64,000 nt of DNA from the human T2T-CHM13v2.0 reference genome, Homo sapiens: the NCBI RefSeq assembly GCF_009914755.1, contig NC_060933.1; one strand, given 5' to 3'. The position numbers and the translations under genes are program-made. The notes under the pieces were generated by a model. The model had not been told where the DNA came from. It worked only from the letters and a program-made list of their open reading frames with translations, and ran no database searches. Shown here in pieces: positions 33,395-48,226 of the stretch. Positions within the stretch are counted from its first letter, which is position 1. Each line of letters begins with the position of its first letter.

Positions 33395-36300
33395 AGGGGT
33401 AGAGCAAGATGATAAAATAAAAGGCTCTGCCAATTCCCCTTGCCCCCTGCAAGCACACCAAATAAACAACTATCTACATGCACAATAAATCACCTTGTAA
33501 GAACCAAAAATCAGGTGAGCACTCACAATACCTGGTTTTAATTTCATATTACCAAAAGAGACACTGAAGAGGTACAAAAAACAGTCTGAAATCAAGGACA
33601 TCACCCATTTCTCATCCCCTTGCAGTGGCAGCATTGTGAGGAGGGTGTTTCTGTGCTCTGGGGAGTGTGAGAGCCAGCAACTGTAAGACATTAAACTTAG
33701 TGCTGCCCTTGTTATAGCAGGAAGCAAAACCAGACCAAACTCAGCTGATGCCCACATAAGGAGGGTGCATTTAAACCAGCCCTAGCCAGAGAGGAATTGC
33801 TCATCCCAGCATCAGAACTTAAGTTCCTACAAGCCTTGACACCATGGGCTAAAGTGCTCTGGGTTATCAAATAAACTTAAAACATAGTCTAGGACACAAA
33901 GACTACAACTCCTAGGCAGTCCTAGGACTGAACTGAGCCCAGAGACAATGGACTGGGGGAGCATGTGACCTACTGAGACACCAGCCAGGGTGGCTAAGGG
34001 AGTACTGACATCATCCCTCCCCTAACCCTAAGTTGCACAGCTCATGGCTCAAAAAGAGACCCCTTCCTTTGCCTGAGGAGAGGAGATGAAAGAGTGGGGA
34101 GGACTTTATTTTACATCTTGGATACCAGTTCAGCCACAGCAGGATAAGGCAACAGTCACAGTCATGAGACCCTTTTTCCAGGCCCTATCTCCCAGACATT
34201 TCTAGACACACCCTAGACCAGAAGGGAACCTGCTGCCTTGAAGGCAAGAACCCAGTCCTGGCAGGATTAATCACCTAACTGAAGAGCTCTTGGCCTCTGA
34301 CTAACCAGCAGTGATACTCAAGTACGATGTTGAGGGCCTTGGTAAGACACTGAGACTTGATGGGTTCAGGTGAGACTCAGCACATTCCCAGCTGTGGTGG
34401 CTATGGGTCAAGATTCTTTCTGCTTGAGAAAAGTGGAGGGGAAAGTAAATAAAACTTTATCTTGCACCTTAGGAACCAGCTCAGCTACAGGGCGATAGAG
34501 CACCAAGTAGCCATTAGAGTTCTTGATTCCAGGACTTGGCTCTTGCATGGAATTTTTGGACCTGCCCTGGGCCAGAGGGGAGCACAGTCCCCGATGGGTG
34601 AGTCCTAGACCAGGAGGCATTCATGACAAGCTAACTGAAGAGCCCTTGGGCCTTAAGAGAACATTGGCAGTTGTCTGGCAATATTCATCGTGGGCCCGAG
34701 GTGGCAGTGGCCTGAAGGTGAGACTTTTCTGCCTTTGGAAAGGGGAGAGAAGAGTGGGAAGAACCGTGTCTTGTGGTTTGAGTGCCATCTCAGAAGCAGT
34801 ACAATAGAATACCAGGTGGACTTCTAAGGTTTTTGACTCTAGCCTGGATGGCACCTCTGGACCCACCCAGGGCCTAGAGGAACTTGACGCCCTGAAGGGA
34901 AGGAGATAGGCCTGGCTGGCTTTGCCACCTCCTGATTATAGAGCCCCAGGGCTTTTAGCATACATAACTGGTAGCCAGGGAGGGATTACAGCAGGGCTTG
35001 GGTAAGACCCAGTGCTGTGTTGGCTTTATGTGTGATCCAGTACACTCCTAGGGATGGTGGCTACAGGGGGTGCTTGTGTCACTCCACCCTCAGCTCCAGG
35101 TGGCTCAGAGCAGAAAAAGAGATTCCATTTGTTTGGGAAAAAGTAAGAGAAGAAAACAAAAGTCTCTGTCTGGTAATTCAAAGAATTCTTCCAGATCTTG
35201 TATAAGACCATCAAGGCAGTACCTCTACAAGTCTGCAAGAACCACAGCACTACTGGGCTTGGGGTCCACCCTAAATCAGATACAGCTTACATCCTAATGC
35301 CCAAGTCCTTTCAAATATCTAGAAAGCCTTCCCAAGAAGGATGGGCACAAAAAACCTAGACTGTAAAGACTACAATAAATACCTAACACTTCAATCCCCA
35401 GACACAGATGAACATCTACAAAGATGATCCAGGAAAACATGACCTCATTAGATGAACTAAATAATGCACCATGGATCAATCCCAGAGAAAGAGAGATATG
35501 TCACCTTTCAGACAGATAACTCAAAATAGCTTTCTTGAGGAAACTCAAAGAAATTCAAGATAACACAGAGAAGGGATTCAGAATTCTATCAGATACACTT
35601 AACAAAGAAATTGAAATAATTAAAAGGAATCAAACAGAAATTCTGGAGTTGAAAAATGCAGTTGGCATACTGAAGAATGCATCAGAGTCTTTTAATAGCA
35701 GAATTAATCAAGCAGAAGAAAGAACTAGTGAACTTGTTGAAGACAGGCTATTTAAAAATACAGAGTCAGAGGAAACAAAAGAAAAAAAGAATAAAAACCA
35801 ATGAAGCATGTCTACGGGATCTAGAGAATAGCTTCAAAAGGGCAAATTGAAGAGTTATTGGCCTTTGAGAGGAGGTAGAGAAAGAGACAAGGGTAGAAAG
35901 TTTATTCAAAGGGATAATAACAGAACTTCTCAAATCCAGAGAAAGATATCAGTATCCAAGTACAGGAAGGCAACAGAACACCAAGCAGATTTATCCCAAA
36001 GAAGACAATCTCAAGGCATTTAATAATCAAACTCCCAAAGGTCAAGGGTAAAGGATTCTAAAAACAACAAATGAAAATAAACAAATAACAAACAATGGGG
36101 TTCCAATATGTCTGGCAGCAGACTATTCAGTGGAAACCTTACAGGCTAGGAGAGAGTGGTATGACATATTTAAAATACTCAAAGAAAAGAACTTTTACCC
36201 TAGAATAGTATATCTGGAGAAATTACCCTTCAAAAATGGAGAAATAAAGACTTTCCCAGGCAAACAAAAGCTGAGGGATTTCATCAACACTAGACCTGTC

Positions 36301-39300
36301 CTACAAGAATGCTAAAACAGTACTTCAATCAGAAAGGAAAGGATGTTAGTGAGCAATAAGAAATCACCTGAAGGTACAAATCTCACTGGTAATCGTTAAG
36401 TACACAGAAAAACACAGAGTGTTATAACACTGCAACTGTGGTGTATAAACTACTCTTAAGTAGAAAGATGAAATGATGAACCAATAAAAATAATAATAAC
36501 AACTTGTCAAGACATAGTACAATAAGAAGGTATAAACAGTAACAACAAAAAAATTAAAACGTGGAAGGGATGAAGTTATGGGGTACAGTCTTCATTAGTT
36601 TTTTTTGCTTGTTTGTGCAAACGGTGTTAAGTTGTTATCAGCTTAAAATAATGGGCTATCAGATAGTATTTGCAAGCCTCATGGTAATTTACCTCAAACC
36701 AAAAAGCATGCAATGGGTACCCAAAAAATAAAAAGCAAGAAATTAAATCACATCTCCAGAGAAAATCACCTCCACTGAAAGGAATATAGGAAGGAAACAA
36801 AGAAAGAAGGAAGAGAAGGCCACAAATCAACCAGAAAATAAATAACAATATGACAGGAGTAAGTCTTTACTACAAGAAACACACTTCACCTATAAAGACA
36901 CACACTGACTGAAAATAAGGAGATGGAAAATGATATTCCATGCCATTGGAAGCCAAAAAAGAGCAGGAGTTGCTGTACTTATGCAAAATAGATTTCAAGA
37001 CAAAAGCTATAAGAGAGACAAGGTCGCTATAGAATGGTAAAGGGGTCAATTCAGCAAGAATATTTAACAATTTTAAATATATATGCACCCAACACTGGAG
37101 CACCCAGATACATAAAGCAAATATTATCATAGCTAAAGAAAGAGCTAGACCCCAATACGATAATAGCTGAAGACTTCAATACCCCACTTTCAGCATTGAC
37201 AGATCTTCCAGACAGAAAATCAACAAAGAAACATTAGACTTAATCTGTACTCTAGACCAAATGGATCTAATAGTTATTTACAGAACATTTTATCCAAGAA
37301 CTGCAGGATGGATCATTCTCAGAGAGAGACCATATGTTAGGTCACAAATCAAGTCTCAAAACACTCACAAAATTGAAATCATATCAAGCATCCTCTGACC
37401 ATAATGGAATAAAACTAGAAATCAGTAACCAGAGGAATTTTGGAAACTATACAAATACATGGAAATTAAATATTCTTCTGAATGACCAGTGGGTAAATTA
37501 AAAAATTAAGAAGGAAATTGAATTTTTTTTTAAACAAATGCTAACAGAAACACAACTTACCAAAATCTATGGAATACAGTGGAGCCATAAGGGAAGTTTA
37601 TAGCTATAAGTGCCCACATCAAAAAAGAAAAACTTCAAATAAACAACCTGATGGTGTATCTTAAAGAACTAGAAAAGGAAACCCAAAATTAGTAGAATAA
37701 AAGAAATAATAAAGCTCAGAGCAGAAATAAATGAAACAGAAATGAAGAAAATATAAAAGATCAACGAAACAAAAAGTTGTTTTTTTAAAAAGTTAAACAA
37801 AATTGACAGACTTTAGCCAGACTAACAAAAAAAGAGAGAAGATTCAAACAAATAAAACCAGAGATGAAAAAGACATTAAAACTGATACTACAGAAATTCA
37901 AAGGATCGTTAGTGGCTACTATGAGCAACTACATGCCAATAAACTGGAAAATCTAGAAAAAATGGACAAATTCCTGGACACATACAACTTACCAAGATTG
38001 AACCATGAAGAAATCCAAAACCTGAACAGACCAATAACAAGCAATGAGATTGAAGCCATGATAAAAAGTCTTCCAATAAAGAAAAGCCTGACTCAATGGT
38101 TTTACTGCTGAATTCTACCAATATTTAAAGAACTAATACCAATCCTAAAACTATTCCAAAAAATAGAGGAGGCAGAGGGAATACTTCAAACTCATTCTAC
38201 AAGACCAGTATTACCCTGATACCCAAACAAGACAAAGAACCAGAAAAAAAAACAACAACAAAAAACAAAAAACAAACACTACAGGTCAATGTACCTGACG
38301 AATATTGATGCAAACACTCTCAATAGAATATTAGAAAAACAAATTCAAATTTAAATGTCACTTATCATGACCAAGTAGAATTTATCCCTGTAAAGCAAGG
38401 ATGGTTCAACGTATGCAAATCAATTAATGTGATACATGATATCAACAGAATGAAGGACAAAAACCATATGTTCATTTCATTTGATGAAAAGGCATTTGGT
38501 AAAATTCAACATCCCTTCATGATAAAATCTCTCAAAAAACTGGGTATAGAAGGAACATATCTCAGCATAATAAAAGCTACATATGACAGATGAACAGCTA
38601 GTATCATATTGAATGGGGATAAACTGAAAGCCTTTCCTGTAAGATCTAGAACATGACAAGGATGCCCACTTTCATCATTGTTATTCAACATAGTACTGGA
38701 AGTCCTAGCTAGAGTGATCAGATAAGAGAAAGATATAAAGGATATCCAAATTGGAAAGGAAAACATCAAATTATCCTTGTTTGCAGATGATGTGATCTTA
38801 TATTTGGAATAACCTAAAGACTCCACCACAAAATGCCTAGAATTGATAAATTTAATAAAGTTGCAGGATACAAAAATCAACATACAAAGGTCAGTAGCAT
38901 GTCTATATGCCAACTGAACAAAGTGAAAAAGAAAATTTAAAAAGTAGTCCCATTTACAGTAGCGACAAATGAATTAAATACGTAGGAATCGACTTAACCG
39001 AATGAATGAAAAATCTCTATAATGAAAACTATAAATCACTGAGGAAAAAAATTGAAGAGGACACCAGAAAATGGAAAGGTATTCCATGTTCATGCATTGG
39101 AACAATCACTATTTTTAAAATGTCCATACTATCCAAAGTAATCTACAGATACAATGCAATTTCTATAAAAATACCAATAACATTCTTCACAGAAATAGAA
39201 AAAGCAACCCTAAAAATCAATCCCAAATTTATATGGAACCACAAAAGACACAAAAGACCCAGAATCGCCAAAGCTGTCCTAAGCAAAAAGGAAAAAACTG

Positions 39301-41100
39301 TAGGAATCCCAGTACTTGACTTCAAATTATGCTAGAAAGATATGGTAATCAAAACACCATGGTACTGGCATAAAAACAGACACACAATGGAACAGAAGAG
39401 AGAACCCAGAAACAAATCTACATACCTACAGTGAACTCCTTTTTCACAAAGGTGCCAAGAACATACACTGGGGAAAAGATAGTCTCTTGAATAAATGGTG
39501 CTGGGAAAACTGGATATCCATATACAGAAGAATAAAACAAGACCCCTATGTCTTGCCATATACAAAAATCAAATAAAAATGGTTTAGACTTAAATCTAAG
39601 ACCACAAACTGTGAAACTAGTACAGGGAAACATTGGGGAAATTCTCTAGGACTTCAGTCTGGGCAAACATTTTTTGAATAATACCCGATAAGCACAGGCA
39701 ACCAAAGCAAAAATGAACTTATGGGATCACAGCAAGTTAAAAAGCTTCTGCAAAGCAAAGGAAACAATAAACAAATTGAAGAGACAACCCACAGAATGGG
39801 AGACAATATTTGCAAACTAGCCATCTGACAAGGGAATAACGAGAATATGTCAGGAGTGCAAACAGCTCTATTGGGGGGAAAAATCTAATAATCCAATTTA
39901 AAAATGGGCAAAAGATTAGAATGGACCTTTCTCAAAAGAATACATACATATGGCAAACAGACATATGAAAAGGTGCTCAACATCATTAAACATCAGAGAA
40001 ATGAAAATCAAAACTACAATGAGATGTCATCTCACCCAAGTTAAAATGGCTTATAGCCAAAAGACAGGCAATAACAAATCCTGGCAAGGATGTGGAGAAA
40101 AGGGAACCCTCATACACTGTTGGTGCGAATGTAAATTAGTACAGCCACTTTGGAGAACAGTTTGGAGATTCCTCAAAAAACTAAAAATAGAACTAGCATA
40201 AAATCCAGCAATACCACTGCTGAGTATATATCCCAAAGAAAGGAAATCAATATATTGAAGCTATATTTGCACTCCCATGTTTGTTGTAGCACTCTTCACA
40301 ATAGTAAAGATTTGGAAAAAACCTAAGGGTCCATCAACAGATGACTGGATAAAGAGAATGTGGTATTTGTACACAATGGAGTATTATTCAGCCATAAAAT
40401 ATAGCGAGATTCAGTCATTTGCAACAACATGGATGAAAGTGGAGATCATTATGTTAGGTGAAATAAGCCAGGCACAAAAAGACAAACATCACGTTTTCAC
40501 TTTTTTTTTTTTTTTTTTTTTTTTTTTTGAGACGGAGTCTCGCTCTATCGCCCAGGCTGGAGTGCAGTGGCGTGATCTTGGCTTACTGCAAGCTCCGCCT
40601 CCCAGGTTCATGCCATTCTCCTGCCTCAGCCTCCTGAGTAGCTGGGACTACAGGCGCCCGCCACCACGCCTTGCTAATTTTTGTATTTTTAGTAGAGACG
40701 GGGTCACTTATTATTTGTAGTATCTAAAAATCAAAACAATTGAACCCATGGATATAGAGAGTAGAAGGCTGATTATCAGAGGCTGGGAAGGGTACTGGGG
40801 GGGTTGGATGGGAGGTGGGGATGGTTAGTGGGTTAAAAAAATGAATAAATGAATAAGTCCTAGTATTTGATAACACAACAGGGTGACCATGGTCAATAAT
40901 AATAATTTAATTGTACATTTAAAAATAACTAAGAGTATAATTGGATTGTTTGTAATACAAAGGAAAAATTCTTGAGGGTATCTATAATATTCCATCTTTC
41001 ATTATGTGACTATTATGCATTGCATGCCTGTATCAAAAAAATCTCATATGCCCCATAAATATATACACCTGCTGTGTACCCATAAAAATTAAAAATTAGG
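33395..41100 (+). mobile_element. Full-length old L1MA (MA1-3-like), about 7.7 kb with a roughly 2-kb 5' UTR
   Basis: 5' start ggggtagagcaagatg; ORF1 pieces (35535, 36130); ORF2 pieces (37803, 39006, 39950); L1MA-type 3' UTR ending cataaaaattaaaaatt. Confidence 0.88.
40500..40703 (-). mobile_element. 5'-truncated AluY in the L1MA 3' UTR
   Basis: caagctccgcctcccaggttcatgccattctcc; short TSD tcactt. Confidence 0.9.
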
Positions 41101-41501
41101 AAAAAAGAAGTGGCAAGAGCTGATAGTCCATCATTTTTTCTTTAAGTAGCTTATAGAATTCATCAGTGAAACAATCTGAGCCTGGGATTTACTTTGTGGG
41201 AACATTTCAAAATTATGAATTCAATTTACTTAGTTGTTAGAGGATTATTCAGAATTCCCATTGCTTTTTGAATCGATTTCAGTAATTTGTGTCTTTCTAG
41301 GAATTTGTTCCTCTTATTTAAGTTGTCTAATTTGTTAGCATACAATTGTCGTAATATTCCTTTTTAGTTTTTTTTCTCTTTCTAAGATTGCTAGTGCTGT
41401 CTCCTCTTTCATTCCTGATTTTGGTAATTTGGTCCTTCCTCTTATCTTGGTCAGTCTACCCCAGTGTTTGTCAATGTTATTAATCATAAAAACAACTTTC
41501 A

Positions 41502-41855
<354 letters not shown>

Positions 41856-42844
41856 CTACTTCATTTATTTTTATTCTATTACTTATCCTTTACTTCTGCT
41901 TGTTTTGGGTTTATTGTGCTCTTTATTTTACATTTTTAGGTTGAAACTTAAGTTGTTGATTTGAGATATTTCTTCTTTCTGACATAGGTGCTTAAAACAG
42001 TAACTTCTCTCTGATAGTTGCATTCACTAATTATACATTATAGTAAGCATTATGCAACCCATAAATTTTGAAAAAAATTGTTTTCATTAATTCAATGTAT
42101 TTTTGAATTTTTTTCTTGTGATTTATTCTTTGATCTATTAGAGGCTTATTGTTTATTTTCAAATATTCTATTGTGAATCTAATTTAATTTCAACCAAGAT
42201 TTGTGAACATACTTTTTATGATTTTGATATTTGTAAATGTATTGAGATTTGTTTTGTGGCCTAGCATATGGTTTCATATGGTTTATCCTGGAAAATCATC
42301 TTTGTGTGCTTGGAAAGAATTTGCCTTCTGCAGTCACAAGACGGAATATTCTATAAATGTTAGTTAGGTCAATTTGATTAATGATGTTGTGCAAGTCTTT
42401 TATGTCCTTGTTAAATTTCTGTCTAGCTGTTCTTTCCATTTTTTGAGAATGGGATATTATTTTTGTCTATTTCTCTTTTCAGTTCTGCTCATTTTTTTAC
42501 TTAACGTATTTTGAATCTTTGTTGTTAGTCGTGTATATATTTATAATTGCTATATCTTCCTAGTCGTATTCATGCTGGTTTCATTATGAAATGACCCTGT
42601 TTGTCTCTAGCAATTGTTCTTTTTCTGAAGTCTGTATTTTCTTATACTAATTTAGCAACTCTAGCTCTCTTTTGGTTACTCTTTGTATGGTATATCATTT
42701 TCCATTGTTTTACTTTTAACCTATTTGCTTTTTTTAATGAAATATGTGTCACTTTCATTCAAAGTTGAATTTTCTTTTTAAAAAATCTAGTCTGATACTC
42801 TCTGCTTTTTGAGTGGGTGTTTAGTTCATGCACAATTAATGTAG

Positions 42845-43152
<308 letters not shown>

Positions 43153-46100
43153 TCTATTTATGGGACTTATGTCTGCTATTTGGCCTTGTCTTGTTTCGTA
43201 TCTTCTGGCCTCCACTATTTTTGACAATAATTCACCTCTTACTCATATTCTTGTTCTCTTGTACTTGAGCATTCGTTTTTCTCTTGCTCCTTTCAAGATT
43301 TTTTCTTTGTCCTCCAGTAGTCTGACTATGACTACAATAGTTTTTTGTCCTTCTGCTTTCCCTTCACTAACTTTTACAGGTTGCATAAATGTTTTTGGTG
43401 TAACATTTTAATTCCTTTGTTGATTTTTAAAAATTATAATTTCAAAGTTAATTTTTTAGTGGTTTCTGTACATATTACAATGTGTATCTTAATTTATGAT
43501 AATCTATTTCAGAATGATACTGAGTCCTGATAATTAAAAAAGCTGTGTCCTTTTCCTCCCTCTTCCTTTGTGCTATCCTTGTCATATGTATGACAACTCT
43601 ATATGTCATAAATCCAACAACAGTGTAATTATTATAAAGTCATGTCTTCTTAAAAAGTTAAAATAAAAATATCTTTGTGGATCTTTTGTATTTTCCTACA
43701 AATTTATCATATTTAGTGCTTTTCATTTGTTTGTGTGCATTCAAGCTACTGTCTGGTGTCACTTCCTTTCAATCTGAAGGACTTCCTTTAATATTTATGT
43801 AAAGTAAGTCTCCTAGCAAGGAACTTGCTTAGTCTTTCTTCATCTAGGGATTTCTACACTTCATCCTTACTTTAGAAGGAGATAATTTTAAAAAATGAAA
43901 TATAATCACATAATATAACACTCTGTCTTGTAAAATTTACAATTCAGTCTTTTTTTAGTTTATTCATACTGTTCTGCGGCCACCACCCCTATCTAGTTTT
44001 AGAACATTTCACCATCTCACAAAAGAAACCCCGTACCCATTAGTAGTTATTCCTCATTTTTCCCTCCCCTTAGTTTCTGGAAGCTACCAGTCCACTTTCT
44101 TTCTCTATGGATTTGCCTATTCTAGACATTTCATACAAATGGAATCATAGCCTTCTATAACTAGCTTCTTTTACTTAGCATAATGTTTTCAATGCTCATC
44201 CATGTTATAGCATGTAACCACAGTATTCCATTCTTTTGATGGCTGAACAATATTCTGTTGTACAGATATACCACATCTTGTTTATTGATTCATTTAGGTT
44301 ATTTCTACTTTTTAGCTATTATGAATAATGCTGCTATGAACATTTATGTACAAGTTTTTGTAGGGTTATATGTTTTCATTTCTCTTGGGTATATACTTAG
44401 GAGTAGTATTACTGAGTCATATGGTAATCCTGTGTTTAATCTTTTAGAGAACTGTCACACTGTTTTCCACAGTGGCTGTACCATTTTACTATCCCACCAG
44501 CAGTGTATGTGGATTCTAGTTTCTAAACATTCTCACCAGTACTTGTTATTTTCCGTTTTGTGACTATAGCCATCCTATTAGGTATAAAGTTGTGTCTTGT
44601 AGTTTTCATTAATATTTACATCATGGATAATAATGTTGAGCATATTTTCCTGTATTTATTGGCCATTTGTATATCTACTTTGGAGAAATGTCTATTCAGA
44701 TCCTTTGCCTATTTTTAAATTGGGTTATTTTTTCTTTTTATTGTTGAGTTGCAAGAGTTATTTATGTATTCTGGATACAAGTCCTTTATCAGCTTAGATG
44801 ATTTCCAAATATTTTTTCCCATCCTCTGGGTTGTCTTTTGACTTTCTTGATAATGTTTTTTGATGTACAAAACTTTTAATTTTAGTTTCTTTTTTTTTCT
44901 GTTGTTTGTGCTTTTGCTGTCATATCTAAGAAACTAATCCAAGGTCAGAAAGACACCTGTGTTTTTTCCAAAGAGTTTTATAGTTTTGGCTTTTGAATGA
45001 TAGTTTTGCTGAATATAAAATTTTTGGTTGGGAGTTCTTTTCTCCATTCTTTGAACATGTAATTCCACTGCCTTCTGACCTCCATTATTTCTGACAATAA
45101 GTTATCCGTTATTCATATTGTTGTTGACTGAACATAATTCATTTTTTCTTGCTGCTTTCAAGATTTTTTCGTCTTTCAATAATTTGACTATAAATTGTTT
45201 AGATGTGAATTCTTCTTATGTTGATGGTACTTTGGGTTTGTTTAGCTTTATCCAATTTGAAGAACAGAAAGATTGATGTTTTTCCACTGGTAGTTTTTTC
45301 TTTCTGTTCTTCAAATGGGATACATTCTATTGATATACCTTTAAATTCACTGTATCTTTCTGCTGCTATCTCACATCTGCATTTGAACCCCCTCTGGTGA
45401 ATTTGCCATTTCAGTTAATAATGTGTTTTTCAATTTCATAATATCCATTTTATTCATATTTGTATATGTGTGTGTGCATGTGTGTAGATACTATATATTG
45501 CATGAAACAATATACAAGATTAGTTGTTAATTGAAAAAAGGCTAAAACTATGTATAGAAGATGTTTTACTTTGTGTAAAAATAAGGTATTTTTATTATTA
45601 TTTATCTATACTTGTGTTTTCATAGAATGTTTTTGGAATAACAATAGTTTTTCTGGAAGGGGCAAGAGAATTTGGGATATTATCTGGAGAAAGTTACATT
45701 CTATTGTAAGCTCATTTTTACTGGTTATTTTTTAAAAACATATGCAAAATTTTCTTATTTGGTGGTAAAAACTACTTACAGTTAAAGAACATATTTAACA
45801 AACTTGCAATTTTGAAGACTTTTTTTTTGTGGTCTTCTTTGGTTTGGTCCTAGTACATAGTCCTGTGGTTGTTATATATCAGGATTCTCTTGGTGTATGG
45901 ACCAATTAATTTTAGTAACTAGATGGGGCCCAAAGCTGGCATTTGACCAGGTGCACTAGGAGTCAGGTCCAATTGTGGAACCTGGTGGCTAGGATGGTAT
46001 GGTCAAAAAGGATGCTAGAGAGCTCCAATATGTAGTAACAGGAAGGCAGGCAGTAACTATGGGAAATATAGGAACATGCATTGTTTAGAGATTCAGGCAG

Positions 46101-47055
46101 TTACTCAGCTTTGGAGACTCCTGAGATCTCATTCCATAGACTGCTATCCAGGGAGGGGACTCAAAGCCTTGGAAGGAGATGGAGTTCTCAGTATTATGGT
46201 GATTATGCCTAATTCCTCACTTCAAATCATTCCGAAGGATAAAGGAGGAGTTCTCACTCTCACTGGGCAGGTGCCAGCACACAGATACACATTTCTAGTG
46301 ATTGAGGTTGTTGTACCAGTGTATGCATGTGTTACCTTCTTTTCTATTTCCTGCTGTCTGTCTCAGGTCGTTTTCCTCACCTCTCCTCTCATTTTCTGTC
46401 CTTCACTGTACCCACCTTGTCTCATACGGCTCTGAGAGGAGGTTGCTGATGTGTTTTTGTTTGTGATAACTCCCTGCTAAGGCCTTGATCCAGAACTCTG
46501 TGCTCCAATTCAGTTTTAACAGATGTAGACATTTGGGCGGTAGGGCCTAGTACAAGTAGTATAATATTAACCTGTTTCTTATATCTAATAATCCTTGTTG
46601 TATATGGCAGCTCTGTTGGAAACTTCAAGTGGAAGGGATGATTGACAATGCAGGATTTTGGCAGTCCTGGGTCTTCTTGTAAAAATATTCCCTTATACCA
46701 TAGCAATTTCATAGCAAGTCCTAACAGGGGTCAGAGAAGAATCAAGTTTCCAGAGCCCCGGTAATAAAGTCAGTCCTGTAGTGCTGGAGATTAGCTCCTT
46801 AAATCCCTCATGTCTAAATTCAAGATTGTTAAGAGATCTGAACTGGTCAAAGATGTTGGTTAATGGTTAGGTAAGAAGAAGAAGAATGATTCAGGGCATT
46901 ATAGAAATAAGCATAATCATTAAAAATCAAGTTGTTTGTCCCTCTGTGTTTGAACTCAGAAAGTCTGAAGAAGCAGTATGGCTTTAGTGGGAAAGGATTA
47001 TCAAATCAGGTTTAAATTTCTGCCATGCATTAAATAGTTGAATCTAAGTAAGGTG

Positions 47056-47505
47056 TCCCTTCCTCCCTTCCTCCCTTCCTCCCTCCCTCCCTCTCTCCCT
47101 TCCTTCGTCTTCCTCCTCTTTCTCTTTCTTCTTTTTCTTTCTTTTCTCTCTTTCTTTCTTTCTTCTTTTCTTTTCCTTTCTTTCCTTCCGTCCTTCTCTT
47201 TCTTTCTTCTTTTCTTTTCCTTTCTTTCCTTCCTTCTCTTTCTTTCTTTCTTTCTCTTTCTCTCTCTCCTTCCTTCCTTCTCTTTCTTTCTTTCTCTTTC
47301 TCTCTCTCCTTCCTTTCTTTCTCTTTCTTTCTTTCTTTTTCTTTCTCTCTCTCCTTCCTTCCTTCTCTTTCTTTCTTTCTTTTTCTTTCTCTCTCTCCTT
47401 CCTTTCTTTCTCTTTCTTTCTTTCTTTCTCTCTCTCTCTTTCTCTCCTTTCCTTTCCTTCCCTTTCCTTTTCCTTTCTCTTTCCTTTTTCTTTCCTTCTT
47501 TCTCT
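47056..47505. repeat. About 450-bp polypyrimidine (TTTC/TTCC/TC)n tract
   Basis: Almost exclusively C and T on the plus strand. Confidence 0.97.
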
Positions 47506-47911
47506 AGAGACAGGGTCTCATATTCAGAAGAGAAGCTTCACCTCCTAAAAGGAGGGATTAGATTCTACTATGTGTGAATTTTAGAGACAAAACTCAGTTT
47601 TATCATGAGAATTTGGAGCCTACCCATAGTAATGGTGGGGAAGGGGGATAAAGTATATTACACAGCTCTGAAGCTACAAAATGGTCTGACTGAACTCCAT
47701 GTACTTGCCGAATGCCCCAAATCACCAAATCATCACGTCTCAATAGCCATCAAAATCCCAGTTTCTAAAAACAACACTTATTGGCTGCTTTAATGATAAT
47801 TTGTGCAACTTGTTTCTCTAGATCAGCAATTCTTAAAAATTTTGAAGCCATAAATCCCTTTAAACAATGGCTGAAAACTACAGATTTCAATTTAAGGTAA
47901 AAATTCTATAA

Positions 47912-48226
<315 letters not shown>

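Noticed and set aside
47038-47577. 179-aa F/L/S-rich ORF
   Set aside because: Artefact of the C/T tract, which cannot contain stop codons.
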